A DNA stretch of 64,000 nucleotides from positions 1,760,001-1,824,000 of the forward strand of contig CBDCYI010000004.1 in the NCBI GenBank assembly GCA_965224085.1. Direction: 5' to 3'. Positions within the stretch are counted from its first letter, which is position 1. Every line of letters starts with the position of its first letter. This document shows, piece by piece, positions 53,930-64,000 of this stretch. The translations under genes and the position numbers were made by a program. Source of the DNA: Candidatus Marinacidobacterales bacterium. GTDB taxonomy: Bacteria > Acidobacteriota > Vicinamibacteria > Marinacidobacterales > SMYC01. The notes beneath the pieces are model-generated. The model ran no database searches. It had not been told where the DNA came from and saw nothing but the letters and a program-made list of their open reading frames with translations.

Positions 53930-54040
53930 GAAACGCAAAGTCGCCAGGGCGCAAAGAAAAAAACCAGAAGAGCAAGACGGTTTCTGATTTTCTTTCTTTT
54001 CTTGCCTTTTGCGTTACGCTGTTTCTAAGATTGATCCGCT
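53930..54040. repeat. Second, partial copy of the palindromic element
   Basis: Shares CGCAAAGTCGCCAGGGCGC and GCGTTACGCT...ATTGATC with the 50753 copy; also between convergent genes. Confidence 0.65.
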
Positions 54041-54043
54041 TTC

Positions 54044-56782
<2,739 letters not shown>

Positions 56783-56857
56783 GGCAGCCTTCTAATGTAG
56801 CACTGACGAAGCTGACCCGAAAGTGGCGCTACCACACGAACAAGTGCTCGAAAAAAA

Positions 56858-57000
56858 TTCAATGTTAAGAAAAGCGTAACGCCAAGGCGCAGAGAGGCAA
56901 AGGCTCGCATCCCAACCCCAAAAGATCATGCAGACCGATGGAGAGAGCGTCAGATCTCCTCTCCTCTTTTTTTTCTTTGCGCCTTTTACGCTTGTTTGCT
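56858..57000. repeat. Degenerate third copy of the palindromic element
   Basis: AAAAGCGTAACGCCAAGGCGC and CTTTGCGCC motifs are shared with the other copies. Confidence 0.5.
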
Positions 57001-57026
57001 ACTGATACTTTGTTTTCAACACGCGA

Positions 57027-57506
57027 CTAATAGGTGCGTTTGTCGGGGAGGCGGCCCCAGTCGTCGAGGAGCTTCAGGCAGGCGTCGCGCATGAAGGCAG
57101 GAACAATCTCGAGACGGCTCCCCCCCAGTGTCTTCAGCCGCTGATTCGAGATCACGAGCTCGTTGAAGCCGAGCCGCTTGACGTCGCGGACGGTCGTGCC
57201 GAACGTGACGCGACGCATTTGGGCCCAGTTGATGGCGGCAAAGCACATGACGCACGGCTCGGTGGTCGAGAAGATCTCCACCCCCTTGAAGTAAGGCCGG
57301 CTCATCTTGCGCGCCGCCCGCGAGATGGCGCACATCTCGGCATGGCGGGTCGGGTCGTTCGTTTTCAAGACTTCGTTGTGACCCTTGGCGAGAACCTCCC
57401 CTTGCTGAACGATCACCGCGCCGAATGGGCCGCCATCGCCGCGTGCGATGCCGCGGTAAGCTTCGCGGAGCGCAATCTTCATGAAGGCCGCATCCCTCCG
57501 TCTCAT
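57027..57506 (-). CDS. Nucleoside/guanine deaminase (cytidine deaminase fold)
   Basis: GGPFGAVI, NDPTRHAE, TEPCVMC. Confidence 0.9.
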   Translation of the reverse strand: MRRRDAAFMKIALREAYRGIARGDGGPFGAVIVQQGEVLAKGHNEVLKTNDPTRHAEMCAISRAARKMSRPYFKGVEIFSTTEPCVMCFAAINWAQMRRVTFGTTVRDVKRLGFNELVISNQRLKTLGGSRLEIVPAFMRDACLKLLDDWGRLPDKRTY

Positions 57507-57522
57507 GATGTCAGCGGTGCCA

Positions 57523-58095
57523 CTATCGGCGCGACGCCGTCCCCATGACGGCCCCAAGCGCGTTTCCCTTGGTCAACGCAGGCGACAGCGATGAGGCAGC
57601 TGCGTCTTGGTCGCCGACAAGCGTTTTCACCAGCCCAAAGTCCACAATCTTCGGCTTCCCATCAGGTCCGATCTTGATATTCGCAGGTTTAAAGTCACGG
57701 TGGATGATCGCCTTCTCATGCGCAGCTACTAACCCCTCGGCAATGTGGATGAACAGCGGGATCGCTTCGTCGATAGGAATGCGACCCTTCGCAATCCGTT
57801 CCGCCAGCGTCTCGCCTTCCACCAACTCCATGATGATGAGCTGTTGCCCGTCGTGCTCTTCAAGCCCATGGAGTGTGGCGATGTTCGCGTGATTCAATCG
57901 GGCGAGGAGTCGGGCCTCTCGTTGGAATCGGTCCCAACGTTCTTTGTCCCGCGCAAACTCCTCGGGTAAAACTTTGAAGGCGACATCTCTACCAAGTTGG
58001 GTATCTCGTGCTCGGTAGACTTCACCCATGCCATCCGCACCCATGGCTTCGACGACTTCGTACTGACCGAGCTTGGTTCCGGGGGTGAGGGGCAT
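57523..58095 (-). pseudogene. Truncated Ser/Thr kinase
   Basis: MPLTPGTKLGQYEV, GADGMGEVY, HRDFKPANI, DFG; ends just after MGTA with no C-lobe. Confidence 0.8.
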
Positions 58096-58172
58096 GGCTA
58101 GTACTCGTCTCCCGTATCGAGCCAGCCGTCTTTCAAAGCGCCTCGCATCGCCCCGGACCCCCGATTACCAGC

Positions 58173-60794
58173 CTAGCGCATCAACCGCTGGTACCTCATC
58201 CAGTCTTCGTCCAGCAGTGAGTCATACAGCAACTCGAATCGATAGTTCTTGGTCTTGCCCAGTCCCAAAAGGTCTGTTTCGTATGTTTCAACGTTGAGGA
58301 CCCTGCGCCCGTCCCGGTCCATCAACCCAATGTTATCGAAGTGCCAGCTCCACTCGTGGTCCTCCGAGGAGAATCGGATCTCTAGCGCTCCTAGACTCAA
58401 GGTGCCTGTGCAGCTACCGAGGCGGTGATTGTGCTTGGCACGGTACGAGAGAGGCAAGGTCTTCTTCCAGAACTCGTCGTTGACCGCGACGAGTAATTCG
58501 GAAGCACCCTCAAAGGAAGGATGGGTTCGAAGAAGTGCTGTGAGCTGGTCCCTGCTACCCTCGAAGTCTCCATTTTCGAACGCGAGCCTTGCGCGGTAGA
58601 AGAGTTCCGCCTCCGCGCGTGGCGCGGAGCGTTTGGGGCTGTCTGGAGCTGGCTCACGTTCGGGATTTCGTAGTTCGCCGCGGAGCTGCTCGTTTACTTT
58701 GACAAGGAGCTCTGGAGCTCCCTCGAAGCCGGGGTTGCCGCGGATGAGTTGCTCGAGACCTGCCTTCGCGGCGTCGAGGTCACCCCGCTCGAAAGCGATA
58801 CTGGCTTGGTGATAGAGCTCGGCATCGCTTCGTTGTTCTGGTTCTGTCTCGCTCGGCTCCTCTGCTGTAATGTGGAGCTTTGAGCTTCTTGGGGGCTCGT
58901 CCGAAAAGGGGCTCGGTTCTGACAACCTCGGAGGTGTTGCCTGTGGCTCCGGAGAGACGCTCTCGTCCGCTGGCCCACCTGAGAAGGCGACGACTACACA
59001 AAGCGCGGCTGCAACGACTGCTGCAAGAGCCAATCCGAAATGGAGGCGCTTGCTTCCAAGCTGCACGGGCGCGACGTCAGCGACCGTGCCGATCTTCGAT
59101 TTCTCTCCGGTAGGGACCCCTGTGCCTATTGCCGGAGCCCCCGCGCTGGTTTTGGAGGAACCCATCTCTTTGTGCGCGGCGATGCCGTCACCAGACGGAA
59201 CCTGCAATATGCGCTTCAACTCGTTGGCGGTCGCGAATCGTTTAGCAGGGTCCTTCGCAAGGCAGCGAACGACAGCAGTACTCAGATGGTCCGGAATTGT
59301 GGCGTCGAGGCTCGACGGCGGCAACGGCTCCTCAAAAAGAATAGCCTGCGCGATGGCGGCGAAGGAGTCACCCGACAACGGTAGCGCGCCGGTGAGCATT
59401 GCGTAAAGCATCACTCCGAACGTAAAGAGATCGGTCCGGGCGTCGATAGCTCCTTTCGAGAGCTGTTCTGGAGCCATGTAGGCGGGGCTTCCAAGAACGT
59501 CCCCGGCCTGGGTCAACTCGGAGCCGACAACATGGGCGATGCCGAAATCCATGATCTTTGTCCGACCATCCTCGGTCACGAGAATGTTCGCGGGTTTGAT
59601 GTCCCGATGAACGACTCCCTTCGAATGAGCAAAGGCTAGGGCCTCAAGGATCTCGACCGAAAGCCGTTGCACTTCGTCGGTTTCGAGGTTCTGGGACTCG
59701 AGTATCTCGTCGAGCGTCCTCCCGTGAACACATTCCATCACGATGAAAGGTGTTTCTTCGTTCGTATGGCCAACATCAAAGATGGTAACAATTCCCGGGT
59801 GGAGGAGCTTTCCCGCCGCCTTCGCTTCTCGGTGGAAGCGTTCCCGGTACTTTTTGAGCTGCGAAGGACCTAGCTGCGCCGCAGTTTGCACGAGCTTGAT
59901 CGCGACCGTTCGGTCGATTGCAGGGTCTCGCCCCTGGTAAACGGCCCCCATAGCGCCGCGACCGAGGAGTCTCTCCACTTCGTAACGCCCGAGTTTCTTG
60001 GGGAGCTCGTCACTGGCAGTGGGGCTGTCTGGCGGTGATCCGTGCTGCCCGAGAGTCATCTGGGGCGTGTCGGCTATCGTAGGTAGAACTCCCTCTGGGT
60101 TCTCGACTTCCAAAACGCCTGCAAGCACGAGGGCGTAGATAGATAGTAGGGTCTTGTCCTCGTCAAGAGGCGAGTTTGAAACGATCTCTTCTATCGTGGA
60201 AACGCCGTTCGCCTGGAAAAGAATCCACTCGACGGAGGAGCTCAGGTTCCCATCCTCGTAGGGGACGAGGGGGTTGGGTGGCTGGCGGAGTACGGCTGTC
60301 AAATCGCCGAGGCCTCGCCGGACGAGCTCAGGGTCCTTGATACTGCGAACCGCCTCTCGGATCATCTCGTGGGTCGAGAGCTCGAGTACGATGTCGTTGA
60401 CGCCCGTCGCCCGCTCCTCGAAGTAGAAAGTTCCAGACGAGCAAGTGAATAGCGAACCTATGATCGACTTCGTCCTTTCGAGGGCGTGCGCTGCGATGTC
60501 CGCGGGTGAGATAAAGCCCATTTCGGTGATTGTTTTCGCGAGACTCTCTCCGGTCTCCTTCATGACCTTCAAGGCAAGTTCGAGATCGGTGTGCTCGAGC
60601 TTGCCCGCGCGGACGAGAACCTCTCCGAGACGTTCCTGTTCGTCGTCGGAGCCCGCAAAGATAATGGAGCCCCCGCCGACGTAGATGCGCTTGGAAACAC
60701 CGTCGTTCGAGATATGAAGAATCCCTTCTTCACGGCTTGCCGCAAGCCCGCGCAGGACGCGCGCGAGCTCATCTGGGGTCAGGCTTCCGCGCAT
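58173..60794 (-). CDS. Ser/Thr kinase with N-terminal DUF4388-like domain, TM and TPR-like extracytoplasmic region
   Basis: MRGSL..L..G.L.I...RLGEVLV N-terminus; LGRGAMGAVY, HRDIKPANI, DFGIA, YMAPE; TM LALAAVVAAALCVVVAF. Confidence 0.87.
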   Translation of the reverse strand: MRGSLTPDELARVLRGLAASREEGILHISNDGVSKRIYVGGGSIIFAGSDDEQERLGEVLVRAGKLEHTDLELALKVMKETGESLAKTITEMGFISPADIAAHALERTKSIIGSLFTCSSGTFYFEERATGVNDIVLELSTHEMIREAVRSIKDPELVRRGLGDLTAVLRQPPNPLVPYEDGNLSSSVEWILFQANGVSTIEEIVSNSPLDEDKTLLSIYALVLAGVLEVENPEGVLPTIADTPQMTLGQHGSPPDSPTASDELPKKLGRYEVERLLGRGAMGAVYQGRDPAIDRTVAIKLVQTAAQLGPSQLKKYRERFHREAKAAGKLLHPGIVTIFDVGHTNEETPFIVMECVHGRTLDEILESQNLETDEVQRLSVEILEALAFAHSKGVVHRDIKPANILVTEDGRTKIMDFGIAHVVGSELTQAGDVLGSPAYMAPEQLSKGAIDARTDLFTFGVMLYAMLTGALPLSGDSFAAIAQAILFEEPLPPSSLDATIPDHLSTAVVRCLAKDPAKRFATANELKRILQVPSGDGIAAHKEMGSSKTSAGAPAIGTGVPTGEKSKIGTVADVAPVQLGSKRLHFGLALAAVVAAALCVVVAFSGGPADESVSPEPQATPPRLSEPSPFSDEPPRSSKLHITAEEPSETEPEQRSDAELYHQASIAFERGDLDAAKAGLEQLIRGNPGFEGAPELLVKVNEQLRGELRNPEREPAPDSPKRSAPRAEAELFYRARLAFENGDFEGSRDQLTALLRTHPSFEGASELLVAVNDEFWKKTLPLSYRAKHNHRLGSCTGTLSLGALEIRFSSEDHEWSWHFDNIGLMDRDGRRVLNVETYETDLLGLGKTKNYRFELLYDSLLDEDWMRYQRLMR

Positions 60795-61594
60795 GGTGTC
60801 TGGATCTAGGTGGGGATGACTTCTTTTTCGGTTCGGTCCCGGTTGTTCTCGACGACCATGTAACAAAGCAGGTTCGGGGCTTTTCGCACAACGTACGCCT
60901 TGGAGTTGACCTCGAAGGCGCTCGGAAGGCGTACGAGATCCCTGTCGGCCTTGTTTGAGAATGGAATCGTGTATTTGGGCATGTTGGCTATCCGGTCCCG
61001 GAGGAAGCGGCAATGGGCCCCGGCCGGGGGCCCGCCCCCGGCCTGGCACGTGTCGCTATTCGCTTTTGGGGAACCTACAAAAAGGTAACGGCGATTTAAT
61101 GGCAGACGCAAACGGTAGTCTCTAAAGCACAGCATTACCGTCGGGTTCCACCGACGATGCTTCGGGCGCGGACACAAGATGCAGAGTACTCGCGGTTCGA
61201 GCCAGCTGCTGCCTCGGTGGACTTTCGGTGCGCAGCTCATGCGCTAGAACTGCAACTCAAACTCCCACAGCCGCAGCTTGTTTCCTAGAACCGCGGCTCG
61301 TAGAGGACCCAGCCACGAGCTCTATCCGTAGGGTGCTCATCCACGTCTCCGAGCTCGCCGCGTGCCTGTCGATCCGATAGACGTCTATTTTTTTGGAACT
61401 GGGGACGACACTGTGGTTCCTTTGCCGGTAAAATCCCTCTGCGCGACGTTGGCCCTCTCGGCACTCTTCTAGAAGAAATCACGACCTACGCATTCCGCCG
61501 AGTCCATTGCAACCACGCTGTCAACTTGGCTTGCACCCGGAAGATTCGCCGGCGGATGGTAGGGACGAGCGGGAAGTCAAGCGCGAGCCGCTTC

Positions 61595-61735
61595 GATAGC
61601 GGTTCCGAAGGTACTGGACTCGGATTTCCAAACGGCGATATCCGGGCCGCCCGCGCATCGACGCGGAGATTCGCGAGCTCATCCGAACGATGGCGCAGGA
61701 CGGCTGGGGCGCACCGCGCATCCACTCCGACATGG
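61595..61735 (+). mobile_element. Integrase-core transposase fragment
   Basis: FRRYWTRISKRRYPGRPRIDAEIRELIRTMAQDGWGAPRIHS. Confidence 0.65.
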
Positions 61736-61739
61736 AGCT

Positions 61740-61900
61740 TCTGCCATTGTCGACGCGCCTTCGAGCTCTTGTGTGCCTGTGGGCGTGCCTCTCACCGGCA
61801 CCTCGGATTTTCAGACCCGTGGAATCGACGATCAGATGAATCGGGTCATCACGCGCTCTGGTGGGAGAAGGCACGTTGACGTCTTTGTTCCGCCGTCGTG
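61740..61900 (-). mobile_element. IS5-family (IS903-like) transposase fragment
   Basis: DDPIHLIVDSTGLKIRGAGE motif. Confidence 0.65.
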
Positions 61901-61914
61901 TGGTCCGGCGCTTT

Positions 61915-62049
61915 CAGGTCGACGAGATCGATGAACACGAGGGCTTTCCGTTCATTGCGATGGAGTATGGGAAGGGGAAGACGTTGAGGGAGATTCTCGC
62001 GGACGGTCCGCTCCCTAACGATAAGCTCATACGCTCAGGCGTGAGGTGA
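61915..62049 (+). pseudogene. Ser/Thr kinase fragment
   Basis: EIDEHEGFPFIAMEY..GKTLREIL..GPL. Confidence 0.55.
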
Positions 62050-62111
62050 TCGGTGTCCGCCTCCGAGAATCAGCCCTACTCATTTCTGCGAGGGGACCGA
62101 CAGCGAGGGCC

Positions 62112-62504
62112 TCATTCCTCTTTCATGACCGCCATCCCGCTCGCGACTTGAGTGGCGCCTTCGACATCATCGACGCCGAGAACAACATCGCCTCCGACGG
62201 TGACGTAGACGCAATCGATGTTGATTCCCGCCTCCGACATCACGAACGCCACGTCGCCCAACGTGCCCGGCTGATCCAGAACGTTCACCACGACGACGTC
62301 GCGCTTGCTGTAGGGAATACCGGACTGCTCAAGGGCAGCAGCAGCCGCTTCGGTATCGCTCGCTACAAAATGCACGACGCTTACCCCGCGGCCGCTCCGG
62401 CCTTCGATCGCTTCGAAGTTGACGTCGGCCTCGCCGAGCACCGAACCTAGCCAGGCAAGCGAGCCCGGTTTGTCTTCGAGACTGACCTGAAACTCAATGG
62501 GCAT
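62112..62504 (-). CDS. Tandem ACT-domain protein
   Basis: LEDKPGSLA...GEADVN and LDQPGTLG...SEAGINI. Confidence 0.8.
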   Translation of the reverse strand: MPIEFQVSLEDKPGSLAWLGSVLGEADVNFEAIEGRSGRGVSVVHFVASDTEAAAAALEQSGIPYSKRDVVVVNVLDQPGTLGDVAFVMSEAGINIDCVYVTVGGDVVLGVDDVEGATQVASGMAVMKEE

Positions 62505-63231
62505 GACCCTTGTCCCTCCGATCATCACAGCGTTCCGTCACATTTTACTTCGGAAAGTAATTCCGGCCGTATGGGTCGTCCTGGGGTCTTCCGTGAACTC
62601 TTGGCGACGGCGACATCGTGGCAGATCGTCTCGTCGTAGCAGCGTTTGAGCGATAGGAAAAATTAAAGTTTGTCTGCCGGGGCGACGCAGAATCCCATTC
62701 TTGAGAGGTTGGCGAGAGTCGTGGTTCAAAGCCGAGCTGAGTGCGACGCTCCGCTAGCGGAATTCGTGCACAGGAGCGCGCTTGTCGTTCATCATTAATT
62801 AATCCGCCGGAACGGGAGCCGTCCGGCTCGATGAGGGACGACCGAAAACGGGGTCGTCGCCGTGTGGGCAAAATACTCGAACGCGCTGCAGGCCAGCAAG
62901 TTCCGAGGTTGTCTCGCCGTGTGCCTTCCATAAACTCGATCCGCAATCCTGAAGCTGCTCTCGACCCTGGGAGAGAGTTCACGCGCGTTGAATGCTTCGG
63001 TCGGCGTCGCGGTCATCGCGTAATCGGACGGGTGCTTCCGCCATCGATTGTTGCTACGCCGCGACGGGCATTTGAATGCTCGTGTCCGTTGCCTGCGTAC
63101 GAGCGATACCGAAGGTGATCACGTCGTATTCTATTACTGCGGAAGCACCTTTTGGAGTCCAATGGCTTGGCTTGCCGGATAGCCGTCAAAACCTGCTCAA
63201 CAGGGGGTTTCCATTATTCACAGTGTCAAGA

Positions 63232-63516
63232 ATGATGAGTCTAACCCAGAAGGTCGTCAGGCAATTCTTCTTGGCAAGCGCTAGACTAATTTGGGAAGGA
63301 AGAGATGCAGAGAAAAGGAGTTTTGGCTGCCAAAAAAACTCGTTATTGGTGCAGCAATTGGTTACGATTTTAGTGACCTCAACTTGTTTATTTCATCGCT
63401 ACGTCAAGTGGGGTATAGGGATGATATTGTCATCCTGGTCAATTGGCTGGATCCCTGGACGAAAAAAAGCACTTACCCATTTTAACGTAACACCAATCCG
63501 TCTCAGCTCGGGGATG
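63232..63516 (+). pseudogene. AT-rich relic of a glycosyltransferase-like hypothetical gene, interrupted by the intron
   Basis: KLVIGAAIGYDFSDLNLFISSLRQVGYRDDIVILV; frameshifted, low GC. Confidence 0.4.
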
Positions 63517-64000
63517 GTCGAGTAGCTCAGCCATTCGGCTTTCGCCCTCACAGATCCGAGCGTGCGGCTTTCCCGCACTCGGCTCCTCCTGAAGGTATAC
63601 CCGAAATCAGACAAGGCAAGGTAGTCGGGACGGAGTGAGGTGAAGGACTGGTAGGGGAAAGCGCTCCAACAACAAGTGAAAACGAGGCCAGGTCATTCGG
63701 CGCTGACTCCGCCGACGAAGGCTTCGAAACCACAACCGTGTCACCTCCTCAGAAAAGGATTGGAGAGAGCGGATGTTGCTGGGAAGTCCGTAGTACGCGT
63801 AGTGACCGCGCAGCACCTGGCAAAGCCAGCGATGCTGGACGGCGACTGGAGCATGCATACGTTGCTTCGCGCGAAGCCGTAGCGACTTGAGTTTGGCTCG
63901 TAGCCGCTGGCTCTGCGTTTTGCGCTTCACGACGAAACGGCCATCGCGGGTTCTCCCACAATAATGAGTGAAACCCAGGAAAGCGAACGTCGCACACCGC
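63517..64000 (-). mobile_element. Group II intron, 3' portion (continues beyond the window)
   Basis: Minus strand domain V GAGCCGAGTGCGGGAAAGCCGCACGCTCGGATC, and domain VI ending CTACTCGAC at 63517. Confidence 0.9.
63607..64000 (-). CDS. ltrA: Group II intron reverse transcriptase/maturase, C-terminal part (no endonuclease domain)
   Basis: TFAFLGFTHYCGRTRDGRFVVKRKT...LRGHYAYYG...WFRSLRRRSQR. Confidence 0.9.
   Translation of the reverse strand, partial: RCATFAFLGFTHYCGRTRDGRFVVKRKTQSQRLRAKLKSLRLRAKQRMHAPVAVQHRWLCQVLRGHYAYYGLPSNIRSLQSFSEEVTRLWFRSLRRRSQRRMTWPRFHLLLERFPLPVLHLTPSRLPCLV

Noticed and set aside
63607-64000. Retron, DGR or defence-type reverse transcriptase
   Set aside because: The maturase X domain is followed by canonical intron domains V and VI, so it is a group II intron.

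Overview
GC-rich bacterial genomic DNA, probably Acidobacteriota (Vicinamibacteria-like). That assignment is an inference from the MPLTPGTKLGQYEV-type Ser/Thr kinases and the gene repertoire. 1-15.3 kb: housekeeping and transport genes (SSS transporter, choice-of-anchor B protein, LhgO, DUF3810, PepA, Acs, rhomboid-TPR, TrkH/TrkA, Ser/Thr kinase). 15.5-43.5 kb: a large Wzy-type exopolysaccharide locus (Wzc, OM beta-barrel, priming sugar transferase, several GT4s, Fcl, carbamoyltransferase, two asparagine-synthase-like genes, Wza and O-antigen ligase fragments, YfhO). Many of its genes carry frameshifts, in-frame stops or internal deletions. Inside it sits a RiPP-like cassette (nucleotidyltransferase, HPr-kinase-like P-loop protein, PqqD/RRE, radical SAM-SPASM/twitch). 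Next to the cassette is a 59-aa candidate precursor peptide gene (22021-22200, minus strand; KKKAYRRPEI leader, C-x12-C core) that is too short for the ORF track; this is the top finding. 43.7-64 kb: HEAT/HD-GYP/GGDEF c-di-GMP operon, a complete ISAzo13-family IS, ATP-grasp, M20 amidohydrolase, a hairpin-rich non-coding region, dispersed palindromic elements, TIGR03960 radical SAM, deaminase, kinases, transposase debris and the 3' end of a group II intron. No rRNA, tRNA or CRISPR array was seen. All calls rest on motif recognition without database searches.
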